61,215 nucleotides of DNA, filler included, from Aduncisulcus paluster (GCA_024181965.1; 8 parts of 8 records of this genome joined end to end with filler, not necessarily neighbours in it), one strand, 5' to 3'. Counted from the whole stretch's first letter, positions 47,738 to 59,028 are shown. Numbers and translations are program-made. The notes: generated by a model from the sequence alone, not told the origin.

Positions 47738-48836
47738 ATGCTCAAATTCGGCAAATTATTTATTGTATTGCTTTTAATAGCAATGTGCGCTTTCAACTAT
47801 GTCTATTCTACCCCTGAGGATCTGGGTACTTGTGGTGGAACTGGAACCATCAAAGTTCTTGTTTCCGACACTGGTAGTGACTCTCTAGACTATTCCACCT
47901 CAGATTGTCGTGAAAAAGACACTCCATGTGAGACTGTATATGGTGCTTGGCAGTTTGCTTTGAACCTTAATGATCCTGATGTGGATACTGATAATATTCA
48001 TTGTATTCTCATTTCTCTTGAACGTGAATCAACAGATGATCCATTAATCATTGAATTTGGTCAACAAATTGCGATTGACAATACCATCTATGACACACTC
48101 CCTAAATATGGTTCCAAAGGCGAAGTTTCTGGTCTTCAGATCGTGTCTTCATCGTTCTTGGAGGAGGATAAATTGGGTCTTCCCGGTCAAGATACCGCTG
48201 TTCTTAACACCATGGATGATGAAACATATGTGACCTTCGGTATGGTCCACTTTGTTGATGGTGACCCCAGAACAGAAGGTAATCCCGTTTCCCGCTCTAC
48301 CAACGGTTACATCAAGTTCTTCAACGTTGGATATGGTAGCACCGATGAAACTGCTGACCCTACCAGTGTTTACTTTGTGGACGCCATGAACTTTGAAGCT
48401 GGAATGATCACCCTGTTCAACGTTGATAACACGTTGTATGACACTGCAGACACTCCTTTGTTCAGTGCCACTGTTTTCGGAAACATTGCTATGAATGAAT
48501 TCTCTAACATCACGCTTGGATCCCATTCCATGTTCGAATGTACCCAGTTCAAGTCTTACTTTGGTGGCTACACGAACATTGTGAAGACAGCTGACTCTGG
48601 AGACTGTCCTGGTGGTGCTGTTGCATGTGTTATTGGAACTGGGGAAGAGTCTATCGCTCTTGAATATGGTGAGTTCAGCAACTGTACATCCGTTGGTTCT
48701 GGAGCTGTCTTCCACCTTGAAAACGCTGGATCCATCACATTTACTTACAGTGCTTTTGAGGATAACGAGTGTACCGGTGGTGATGGTGGTGCCTTGTACT
48801 TGCAAGATGTCGCCAAGCCCAAGTTTGTCAATGTAA
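47738..48836 (+). CDS. Secreted/surface protein with GGA(V/L) and FxxN repeats (Pmp-like right-handed beta-helix), 3'-partial
   Basis: Signal peptide, an N-terminal C..PCETV motif, and repeats GGAVAC, FSNCTSVGSGAVF and FEDNECTGGDGGALYL. Confidence 0.7.
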
Positions 48837-48937
48837 NNNNNNNNNNNNNNNNNNNNNNNNNNNNNNNNNNNNNNNNNNNNTTAATTAATTAANNNNNNNN
48901 NNNNNNNNNNNNNNNNNNNNNNNNNNNNNNNNNNNNA

Positions 48938-51313
48938 TTATACATAAAAGCTGCAATTGTCTCATCTAAGTCGGCATTGCTACTCCCCATGGTTGATTGT
49001 AGCGAGCATTTCTCTGTGGACACTCTTGTTTCCTTCGGGGATGCCATTGTTCCAGTTAAACGCAATACTCTTCCTTCGTATAATATATTATTCCTCGTAC
49101 AGGCATGCTGTGAGCGAGCTTGCGGTGGCATTGAATCGATATACGAGAGTTTAAGGGTTCCAATTTCATCTACAGGGATATCCCCTTCCAAGGTATCCCC
49201 TTCCAAGGTTAGACATTATAGTTTTTATAGTGATAGTCTCTCCATTAGTTCCCTCTGTTCCGACCTGTCTTCTCATTCATTCAGTCTTTTGTCTTTCTTG
49301 GTATCCCATTACATCACTCCCTCTCTGATCTCTGCTCTGTCTCATCTTCCTTCTTTCCTGCATCACACGTGCAATGTGGGGCATGTATTCTTCAAGGAAT
49401 TGTATTGTGAGATTGAAAGGAAAACATATTTCCAACCGTCTCTGTCTTTGCCATACGTTTTGTGCAATTCATCAAACTCTTTTGGATCCCATTCCGATAT
49501 TGCCCACGCTTCCCTTGTTCCGCTATCTATTTATAGTGATGCAGCGGTGTGGACTTTGGTTAAAGGTAAACAGAGCCATTTATTCCGTGAAGTTGAAGCT
49601 GAAGCCAACATTACTCTTGCTGAGACCTGTGCCAATATTGCCGATAGACTGTATGATGTTATCAAGAAGAAATGCATTGAAACGATGTGTATTAATATTT
49701 GTCATGCCAATCCATCATCTCCCACCGATGAAACTATGACATTTGGAGACGAGGCAGTCTGGCAGTTATTACTCAGACAGTTGGTAGGCCGACAAAAGCA
49801 CCTGAAATCCAACTCAAGTCAGGATATGAGTGGCGTCTTTTCTCTCATTGACTCCAAACCTTTCTCCCTTCTCTGGCGAACGATTGATGCAGGCCATTCA
49901 ATTGCCTGTGCCATCAGCAATCTCATTGTGTGTGAGCTGTGTGGGTGTGTCGTAGAAGTTGGAGAGCTTTCTCTGGAAGGAGATAAGCTGACCTCAGAAG
50001 AATCTTCTCTCGTTTCTTCTGACATTAGAAAAAGAAAGAGGAACGAAAGCAGAATTTCAGGTGGTGAAAAGGGGAGAATTGGGGATAAGGAGAAAGAAGA
50101 GGAAGTTGATGATAAAAGGAGGGGATCTGAGGTCGAGAAGCGGAAGAGGAAGAGAAAGAGGAAGAAAGAAGAGGATATGTTAGTTGATGGAAAGGAAGGA
50201 GTGTCATCTCTTTCATCGTCAATAAGTATTCTATTGTATACTGATCTATTATTAGAAACTGAGAAACTACTCCATCTCACTCTTGAACGTTCTTCTTCTC
50301 GTTTGAAGCGAGTTATTCCTGCCCATATGCTCGTTGTAGACGCTGCTCGTAAACAAGTCTGGAATGATGATGTCGGCTCCTATGTGGCCAAGAAGATATG
50401 TGATGGGATCAGTGGTCTTGGCTTATCCCTGGATCCTCTCTCTGTGAAGTTTGTGTGTGATCCTTCCATCATTCCTTTTCCAACACTAGTTCATCGTCAA
50501 GTTGAGGATTGGTCTGACACTTCAATCCGTGCTTCCTCTTCCTCTTCACCCTCTTTACCAGCCTCTTTCCATCATACGTTGTTCTTGAAGGAATCCCATC
50601 GAATGACCTCTTTCCAAGGAATATCTTTGACAACATTCCCAAAGTTTATCCGTACATTAGGACTTTCTCACACTCATCTATTTATAGAAACATTAGAGTC
50701 TGGTCTTAAGCGTATGGTTGATAACTTGTTCGTCGTTGCGTCTGGGCTGGGTCGAGGAGGTAAAGTTGTCTCGCTCGCCTTGTCCACATCTCTTGAGAAC
50801 ATTGGGAGTCTGTGTGGAGTGTTACTGATAGCTGACATGTCTGGAGCAAGGAGAAAATCATGCAATCTTGGTCCCATCCATTCCCACGAGGCTGATAGCA
50901 CCAGTGATAAGGGATCAACGCATGAATCGACAAAGCCAAGTATGTCTGAAGCCATGGGAAGCAAATCCAGCACTATGCCGTCATGTTCTCGTGTCGAGAG
51001 TTTATGCACTGTGCGAGACTCTGTATTCCATTTGAGAGATGTTATTGAAGAAGAACTTGAGGCTATAGCTAAGGAAGAAAGGAGAAGAAAGGGGGAAAAT
51101 GTGGATATTCCTGTGACTTTCTTTATTGAAGCTCTTGTTCGTTGGAAAAAGTTACCTCAAACCATGAAACATTGCAGTGTTCCTTTCGGTGTGGGAATTA
51201 TGAGTTCTATTTTTGGAAGTCGTGAGGAAGTTGCTTCCCAATGTCACAGTCTTGGGTTGAATCCCATTGATAAAGATGTTATAATGGCTTGCCTTGATCT
51301 TTTTATTGAGTAA
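48938..51313 (+). CDS. CYFIP: Divergent CYFIP/Sra1/PIR121 (WAVE regulatory complex subunit), 5'-partial
   Basis: FFKELYCEI..FQPSLSLPYVL, PLSIYSDAA..LFREVEAEANITL..IADRLY and SLLWRTID correspond in order to CYFIP WFREFFLEL..FPIEMSMPWIL, LDLYNDSA..LYDEIEAEVNLCF..LADQIF and LLGRSID. Confidence 0.75.
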   Translation, partial: LYIKAAIVSSKSALLLPMVDCSEHFSVDTLVSFGDAIVPVKRNTLPSYNILFLVQACCERACGGIESIYESLRVPISSTGISPSKVSPSKVRHYSFYSDSLSISSLCSDLSSHSFSLLSFLVSHYITPSLISALSHLPSFLHHTCNVGHVFFKELYCEIERKTYFQPSLSLPYVLCNSSNSFGSHSDIAHASLVPLSIYSDAAVWTLVKGKQSHLFREVEAEANITLAETCANIADRLYDVIKKKCIETMCINICHANPSSPTDETMTFGDEAVWQLLLRQLVGRQKHLKSNSSQDMSGVFSLIDSKPFSLLWRTIDAGHSIACAISNLIVCELCGCVVEVGELSLEGDKLTSEESSLVSSDIRKRKRNESRISGGEKGRIGDKEKEEEVDDKRRGSEVEKRKRKRKRKKEEDMLVDGKEGVSSLSSSISILLYTDLLLETEKLLHLTLERSSSRLKRVIPAHMLVVDAARKQVWNDDVGSYVAKKICDGISGLGLSLDPLSVKFVCDPSIIPFPTLVHRQVEDWSDTSIRASSSSSPSLPASFHHTLFLKESHRMTSFQGISLTTFPKFIRTLGLSHTHLFIETLESGLKRMVDNLFVVASGLGRGGKVVSLALSTSLENIGSLCGVLLIADMSGARRKSCNLGPIHSHEADSTSDKGSTHESTKPSMSEAMGSKSSTMPSCSRVESLCTVRDSVFHLRDVIEEELEAIAKEERRRKGENVDIPVTFFIEALVRWKKLPQTMKHCSVPFGVGIMSSIFGSREEVASQCHSLGLNPIDKDVIMACLDLFIE

Positions 51314-52103
51314 TTATGTTTTATTTTTAGAAATTTATATTGGATTCATGATTATTTGGATAAGTTTTTATTATTATTGTTTTTGCATCTTGGATATTCC
51401 CCATTTCTCTATGAAATGTATATTATTATAAATAACTTTTTTTTTTGACTGGAAATTATCACTTCTAAAAATAGATTTATTATCGAATCAAAGGTGCTGG
51501 AAATTACAATAATTGTTCAATAATATTGCTACAATAGGGACCTGTGCATATTCCTGAGTAATCAATTCAGAAAAAATAAAATTTTATCCAAATATTTTTG
51601 TCAGAAACTCTTTCCTTCTTTTCCAGTGAGAAAGACACCAAAAACTATTGAAATTACACCAAAAATAATTCATAATTAAGATTTAAATTCATAAATCAGA
51701 TCTAATGGTTTCTAAAAATAGATCTGAGAATGACAAATAAAATATTGTCCAATTTTAGGCAAAAATTAAAAAATATAAAGAATATTTAAAGATTTTGTTA
51801 TGCAAATTCTGTTTTCTATTTGCAAAAACAACAAACAAAAGAGAAATAGTCGACTAAAGAACTCCAAGGATCCAACGTATTTTTTTCAATATCCAAAATC
51901 GGATAAAAATAGATTTAAAGAAATTGTAAATTAAATATTAAATATATATATTGCAGAAAAATAATGAAAAACTAAACGAAAAAATGAAAAACAAGCAAAA
52001 AAAAAAAAACAGAAAATTAGAAATATTCCAAGTATAAAAAATATAACAAATTCATTATAAAAAAAAAAATTCTAAAAATATAACAAGATCTTATTGTTAG
52101 AAA

Positions 52104-53906
52104 TTATTTAGAACCAAGTTCATGGTGCTCTAGAGAAAGATCGAGAACAGTTGAATCATCTTGTACCGATGAATGTTCTGAAGGATCGACAACTATTCCC
52201 GAACAGAATTCGCTCCTTTCCTTGTGGATTTGATGATGATTGGAATGAGAATGGACCTTGTGATGATCATCTTCGCTCAAAAGTGATATAGCAGACTCGA
52301 AGAATGCAAGACTATCCTGCCAAAGAGGAATAGGAGGAGGAGGATCGTGGTATCTGCTCGAACTCAATGGAACACCAGAAGGATCGAATTGGATGAGACT
52401 GGTGCTTAATTCCATTGGAGGAGGAGTAAAGGCAAGATCTCTCCCTTGCTGTCCATTCATGTCTCCTTCCCCAACTGCCTCGTGTTCTCCCTGCTCACGG
52501 GTGAATCCAGAGCCCCCGTGGTAATCACTGACAGACCCGACTACATGTGGCAGAAATGAATCGTCATCAGATAGAATAGTTTTATGTGTTGATGGTTTTG
52601 GCAGAGAGAGAGGCACGATTGGAGGGTGAGTTCTTGGAACAATGATAGGAATACCGACACCATCCGAGTGCCCAGTAAAGGAAGATGACTGTACAAGACA
52701 GCTTGAAGGCATAATAACGGTCGAATGGTCGTCAGACAGTGGATGCGAGGGGTCAGCAATCGAAGAGGAGAGAAGAGTTTGGTTTGAGAAGGATTGAGAA
52801 GCAATGGGCTTTGTGACATTGTGTATTATTCGAGAAGAATGGCGTTGTATGAGCAATTGTTGGTCAGAAGCGTAGTCAATATCCCGTCCTGAAGAAGAAG
52901 AATTTCCATCTTCAACAATGAGACTCTTATCATCCCCAATGTTACAATATGTACCACCATAATGGTTATAACTCCGATTTCCACTAAAGCTATCAATAAT
53001 GTCAACAGTAGTCTTATTATCAAGAACATTGAAGAAAATACCGAATCCAAGCAGAATGACCGACACGACTACAAGGATACTCCCAACCATAACAAGCCAA
53101 AGATGAGATTTTCCTAAGGTTCCTCCGAGATCAATCAAATATTTCCCACACGCACTCGACATATTGTGGATAGACAGAGTGGAATCGGCAAAGGACAACG
53201 TGGCACCCCCATCACAGTCGAAAGAAGAAGTAGGGAGGTAATCCCAATCTAAAAACATTATATCATCCGAAATAACCGAGAATTGAGCAAGATTTTCGAG
53301 AGTTGGAGTGGGAGTTATGCCAATCTGGAGCCCAGTTGGATATGAGAGTGAATGACAAGTATGATGCCGGGATGACGAGCTACATTTTAGTTCATGTGCA
53401 TTACATTCTGATGTATCGTGGGTTGATTCTTGAATATAAACAAGGGTAACATCAAGAACATTATCTTGATCTTGGAAAATTGTAATATCAATTTCATTCG
53501 ATTCAGACACATTTTCAATACTGATTGAATTGGCAATTGAATCGATATAGAAATAATTATTAACAAGATTTGCAGCGTCAACACCTCTTTTGGCCAAAGC
53601 TTGGATATCCACTGAATTGATGGGACAAGAGCCATTTATCGACAGCATTCCATCGGTTTGAATTCCTTGAAATTCATTATCAATTGTCAATACGATACTC
53701 ATTTTTGATATTGCCTGTGAGAATAAAAAAGAAGAATACTCATTAGAATTGGAGTCATTTATGATTTTGGCAAACTGATCAACATTTTCATTATAATTTT
53801 TGTTCGAATTATAGCCATATATTATTGAAAAAATTGATATAGGCAATAATATACAGGTTGCTACAATAAAGAGGGTAGACATACATCTACCACAATTCGA
53901 CAACAT
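52104..53906 (-). CDS. Hypothetical membrane protein (two TM helices flanking a Cys-containing loop, disordered C-tail)
   Basis: 600-aa ORF from ATG 53906, with hydrophobic segments near residues 10-30 and 270-295. Confidence 0.75.
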   Translation of the reverse strand: MLSNCGRCMSTLFIVATCILLPISIFSIIYGYNSNKNYNENVDQFAKIINDSNSNEYSSFLFSQAISKMSIVLTIDNEFQGIQTDGMLSINGSCPINSVDIQALAKRGVDAANLVNNYFYIDSIANSISIENVSESNEIDITIFQDQDNVLDVTLVYIQESTHDTSECNAHELKCSSSSRHHTCHSLSYPTGLQIGITPTPTLENLAQFSVISDDIMFLDWDYLPTSSFDCDGGATLSFADSTLSIHNMSSACGKYLIDLGGTLGKSHLWLVMVGSILVVVSVILLGFGIFFNVLDNKTTVDIIDSFSGNRSYNHYGGTYCNIGDDKSLIVEDGNSSSSGRDIDYASDQQLLIQRHSSRIIHNVTKPIASQSFSNQTLLSSSIADPSHPLSDDHSTVIMPSSCLVQSSSFTGHSDGVGIPIIVPRTHPPIVPLSLPKPSTHKTILSDDDSFLPHVVGSVSDYHGGSGFTREQGEHEAVGEGDMNGQQGRDLAFTPPPMELSTSLIQFDPSGVPLSSSRYHDPPPPIPLWQDSLAFFESAISLLSEDDHHKVHSHSNHHQIHKERSEFCSGIVVDPSEHSSVQDDSTVLDLSLEHHELGSK

Positions 53907-54207
53907 TTTTTCCAACTAATAAAATATATATATGTCAGAAAGTTATATAAGATAAATATAATAATTGAAATGAGGTCAAAATCAGCTCGTTTTTTAAAAT
54001 AACTTTTTTTGGAATGAGTCATCGAGGAATTATTGGAGAATTTAGAACTTTGGAAAAATAAAGTCTATCGGTATACCAGAATAATTAAGTTTTATTAATA
54101 TCGTGGGATATTTCAAGATGGAAATAGAATACTCTTTTCTAAGAATAGAAAGGGTTCAAGCTGACTCAAATTCATTTTAAATACTTTAAAAATACAAAGA
54201 AATACTC

Positions 54208-54904
54208 TTATCTTTCATCCCACCCTTTTGATATTTTGGAAGCTATTGTTTTTAGAACGCTAGGACACTTCTTCTTAATTTCGTCCTTAATGACACTCAT
54301 ATCATGTCTGAGAACATCGTATTCAGATTTTAATGCAACATATCTTGCACGAATCATATCCTCAAGCTTTTCTTGTTCAGGACGGCGGAATTCAAGATAG
54401 ATCAAAGTCAAATATTTGAGTCCAATATCTTGGATAAATTCAAGCCTATAAGCAACTCCTTCATCAGTTCTGTCTTGTTTTTGAGTAGTGTGAAGGACAG
54501 TGTAATATGTTCTAGGATCATCACGACAAAAATTAATGAGTCTTTCAAGAACGGAAGGCAAAGTCGTAAAATCACATCTCAATTGCTGTTGTTCAGCCAT
54601 ACTAGCAAAAACTGAAACATCAATTGAACAATCACCCCCAAAAAATACATCATCTTCCATGGTAAGAGTTAAAAACACTTCAGAAAGTTCATCACGTGCA
54701 GCGGTACGAGTGTCCATACGAATAGTTACAAGTTTTGAGTCATATGTGGACTTTTCAGCAAGGGAATTAATCCTCATATTTAAATCTCTCTTGAAAGCTA
54801 TGAGGATAGGTTTTGGTAAAAAAGTTCATGGAGAAAAGTTGGTGAATGTCAAATAATCGCAAAAATAAATCGTTAAATTAGATAAAAAATTTCATACTCT
54901 TCAT
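54208..54904 (-). CDS. SAS6-like (SAS6L) protein; probable 7-nt exon 1 at 54898..54904 and intron 54798..54897
   Basis: SAS-6 head motifs LTMEDDVFF, EQQQLRCDF and RLEFIQ..KYLTLIYLEF, with a short coiled coil ending KCPSVL instead of a long SAS-6 tail. A GTATGA..CATAG intron gives MKTFKRDLNMRI. Confidence 0.78.
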
Positions 54905-55598
54905 TAGATAATTCGATACCAGCGAATAGTGTGCGAAATTGAGTAGACCTTCTCTAACTAAATTTTGGGGAACAAATTCGAAAAATATATTGGGTCTATT
55001 GACAATAAAAGATGAAAATATTGCACATTTCTTATTTTTTCAGGAGAAGAAATCTTTATTAACGATTTTAGTTTTTCGTGAGTGTTTTGACACTACTTAT
55101 GAATGATGAAGCGCTAAAACGAATATTATCTCTTCAAAAAGTGATCTTTTCTCGGGTTATATCTCTTTTACAGAGTATTACACACGTTTTAGCAGGACTG
55201 TCAGTCCCAATAAGCTTTTCTATGCAAGATTCAACTATTTCATTTTCTTCATTAGATAATTCGATACCAGCGAATAGTGTGCGAAATTGAGTAGACCTTC
55301 TCTAACTAAATTTTGGGGAACAAATTCGAAAAATATATTGGGTCTATTGACAATAAAAGATGAAAATATTGCACATTTCTTATTTTTTCAGGAGAAGAAA
55401 TCTTTATTAACGATTTTAGTTTTTCGTGAGTGTTTTGACACTACTTATGAATGATGAAGCGCTAAAACGAATATTATCTCTTCAAAAAGTGATCTTTTCT
55501 CGGGTTATATCTCTTTTACAGAGTATTACACACGTTTTAGCAGGACTGTCAGTCCCAATAAGCTTTTCTATGCAAGATTCAACTATTTCATTTTCTTC
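54901..55598 (+). repeat. 348-bp head-to-tail duplication with TCTTCA microhomology
   Basis: TCATTAGATAATTCGATACC... starts at 54901 and again at 55249. Confidence 0.92.
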
Positions 55599-56106
55599 AG
55601 TGGTACGATCATCCACACTTGGAGAAATTACTGCAACAACATCAACCCTTGATAGTGATGCACCTGTCATTTGTGAAGCTCCATCGATCACCCTCAACAA
55701 TATCCATTCAGCTCACTGTCTTACACTTCAATGCCATAAATCATGTCGAGAAATATTACACCTTATAGAAGATCGAAAATCTGCAACATTTTCATCCTCA
55801 ACAATACAGCAGTTACTTAGTACTGCTTATCGGCAGGTATTTACTGCATATAATAACCTATGCGGCAAAGGAGAGATCAATACAATCGTATTTAAGCATA
55901 AACACGGAGTTCAAAGAACTTATATACCTCCATTGAAGCTTTCTTACGAGCATACTACTCTAAAGTTTGTTAATGCTGAAACTGGGAATATCATCCACGT
56001 TTGCCACATTAAAACACTTTTAATATCAATAGAAATGATTAAAACAATAATGGAAATGTTTAGAAGGTTTTCTGATAAACTTCAAGTTCTTGCCTATCAG
56101 AAATGA
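55426..56106 (+). CDS. Rogdi/Rav2-like protein (start uncertain; first ATG 55447)
   Basis: Colinear similarity to Rogdi recalled from memory: LLMNDEA, LNNIHSA, IQQLLSTAYRQVFTAYNNL, GVQRTYIPPL, and terminal FSDKLQVL (cf. LKDKISVF). Confidence 0.55.
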   Translation: MSVLTLLMNDEALKRILSLQKVIFSRVISLLQSITHVLAGLSVPISFSMQDSTISFSSVVRSSTLGEITATTSTLDSDAPVICEAPSITLNNIHSAHCLTLQCHKSCREILHLIEDRKSATFSSSTIQQLLSTAYRQVFTAYNNLCGKGEINTIVFKHKHGVQRTYIPPLKLSYEHTTLKFVNAETGNIIHVCHIKTLLISIEMIKTIMEMFRRFSDKLQVLAYQK

Positions 56107-57065
56107 CAGGCTTCCGTGTTATCTTTGTCAGCTTCAATCACTCTTCGATTCAATCAAGTTGATTGTCTTAATGTCTCATTTAATCATTGAAATTTATCAT
56201 TAATCGTCCTTCATAACTACAACACTACTCTGTTCAAAATCTTCACGAATTCTGCCATGTTTTTGTCCATTAATAAAAAATATTTTTATTTATTCGGATG
56301 AATTCTGCCATTATTTATATATTTTCACTCTTGGTATTTCAAAAGAGTCGGGAATTTAGAATTTCAAAGGAAAGTAATAAAAATGTTTATTGAGATCTAA
56401 ATGAGAAAACCCCCGCTTTGTTCCATGCCAGTTTTGTTATTCTATGACCAATCAGTGCCCCTTTCGACCATGAGCTGATGAGAAGCAGCGTCGTATCCCC
56501 CCCATTCTACCATTGAGATGAGGGAGAGCAGAATTGAGGAGACTTGTTGAACAACATGTGAGTGGGATCCTAGTTGAAGTTATATGGCGACTCAAGCTAG
56601 AGAACGTGACAATGTAAGAAGCGAGTCTGTGTCAGAGGACTAACAACCATGATTGCGTGCTAGATAATGTTATTGTATGCGAGTGAGAGATTGAGAAATG
56701 AATTGATAATTGTTTTTATAAGCATATGTTCGGTATTATGAAAGATTATTCAAACTATGTTATATAAATATATATATTTGAAAAATGGATATGGACATCC
56801 AATAAAGGTAAAGATAATGTTATATTGGATATAAATCTCGAAATATCATCGAGAGTTATGAGTAGAAATAATCAACAAATGCTTACAAAAGGGCATACTT
56901 TCTCACTACGATCATCCACACTTGGAGAAATTACTGCANNNNNNNNNNNNNNNNNNNNNNNNNNNNNNNNNNNNNNNNNNNNTTAATTAATTAANNNNNN
57001 NNNNNNNNNNNNNNNNNNNNNNNNNNNNNNNNNNNNNNGGTACTCTATGTCGGTCTAATTCAGGA

Positions 57066-57269
57066 TTAAAAACACTTATGAATGATTTCAATGTTATTTA
57101 ATAATAAATTTGTGTTTTTATTTCATTTCTATCCTTATCCTTGCCTTTCTGTTCATTTTCACTTGCTTTTGCTTACAATCAAAAATATCAAGAACTCGGA
57201 ATACGATGCTATACATATGTCTGTATACTGCTACGAATCTAATCCCCTGATGCTTCATGGAACATGACA
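57066..57269 (+). repeat. Dispersed ~200-bp repeat, copy B
   Basis: Matches the reverse complement of 43926..44129. Confidence 0.88.
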
Positions 57270-57968
57270 TTTCCCCGCAGTCAAATCCAACTCCAACCCC
57301 AACTCCAACTCCACTGCCAGATTTTGATTATTCGATACATTTAACACTGAGATTTGTACTAGTTCACTGCTCTTGACTTCGACGCCCTGTCTTATAGCAT
57401 TCCAATCAAATCCGAATGAAATTTATTAATATTCATTTCTGTTCTGCTTATCTTTGGAATGGGACCCATATCTTCAGTCAAAACACTACCAAGAAGAAAT
57501 TAAAATAACAAAAACTGTTGGAGAAACTTTATATATTTAGACGTCATCTCTGAGAGTGATGCCAGAGGAGATAAGTCAGGTAGCCGCTTATAGGTGGGGA
57601 AGATTCCGTCGTTGAAACAAGAAATGTCGTTAGACCTCTTGTTTTTACTCCATCCTGATCTCCGAGATACATTCTGTGAATAAGTCATTAACAGCGTGTT
57701 GCTTTGTTAAAACCGTAAATGTTTTCTGTTTTTGGATAGTATCTTCTTTCGGGGGGAAGAATTTATGCAATTTGTTCGTTTCCAGTCCCAAATAACACAC
57801 CTCTGAAAACTATTTCTCACATTGCTTAAACATCAATCAATATTGAAAGAAATTCACAAAACATAACTTAAATGTTCAATAAAATAAAAAATGTGACTCC
57901 TCGTTTGTTTTAAATTTATCTTTCCCCCGACAAAATCGTTTTTGATTTTGAAGCTAATACACAAAACA

Positions 57969-58654
57969 ATGACCGATAAAAATTTTAAAGTTGTCCTTCT
58001 TGGTGCTAGTAATGTTGGAAAAACCTGTTTAATTCTAAGGTATATGAAAGGACAATTTTTATCTCCCAAAACCACTGTTGGAGCAGGATTCTTCTCAAAA
58101 TCTGTAACAACACCGCTTGGTACTGCTAATTTGGAAATTTGGGACACAGCTGGTATGTATTGTTTGATTTTTTTTTGAATATTTCCCCCTTTTATTTTAT
58201 ATGTTCTTCTCCTGATTATTTAACATCTTTTATTCTATTTCAATGTTATATTTTAGGTCAAGAAAGATATGGATCACTTATTCCCATGGTTTATCGTGAT
58301 GCCAATGCCGTTTTAGTAACTTATGATATTTCCGATGAATCAACCTACCGAGTATCAGAAAATTGGCTAGACGAGGTCAAAGCGACTGTTTCGGACGATG
58401 TTTTTATAATGTTAATTGGAAATAAGTGTGATCTCCCCGCAGAAGACCGAGAAGTCTCTACAGATACTGCCAGGGTCTTTGCAAGCCATCTAGGCATCAA
58501 ACACATGGAAACTAGTGCCAAAACAGGTCATAGAGTTCAAGAAATATTCTCAGTAACTGCAAGTGGACTCATGGGTGGTAAACAGGAAGAGAGACCGAAA
58601 TCCATATCAGATCCATCGGTTTCTGGCGATTCTGGTGACGGTTGTGGGTGCTGA
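57969..58654 (+). CDS. Rab GTPase, Rab5/21/22/24-like; exons 57969..58152 and 58257..58654
   Basis: GASNVGKT, TVGAGF, WDTAG|QERY across a GTATGT..TTTAG intron, GNKCD, ETSAKTG and a C-terminal CGC prenylation motif. Confidence 0.9.
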
Positions 58655-59028
58655 GACTAAAAATAGAACAATAGAACATTATATTGAATATATATTTATC
58701 GATTAATCACCTTGTGGAACACAAACTCTCTGTATGGGTCCACCTTTAATTATTTTATAATTTACTTATATTTATTAAACGAATATTAAATTTATTAAAC
58801 GAATATTAAATTTATTTTTTTTTTTATTTTACTTATCTTCTGAGGTTTTCTTAAAGTTCTTGGTTTCTCCTTTTTCTATTACTCTCTGAGAGTATGAGTC
58901 ATATTATGTTTTACTCTGGAAACACCCATACTACTCTAATGCTCTTATTCCTAGTGCAGTATTGCTATAACCATATCAGCTATTCTATTTATATTCTATG
59001 ATATTTCACTTCCACATATCTCTCTTTA

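Noticed and set aside
3803-57038. Recurrent TTAATTAATTAA palindrome within N runs
   Set aside because: Artificial six-frame-stop linker, not biological. It also invalidates any operon-like reading across scaffolds.
249-58654. TAA/TAG-to-Gln recoding as in hexamitid diplomonads
   Set aside because: Conserved genes end at TAA or TGA at the expected positions and long ORFs contain no in-frame TAR.
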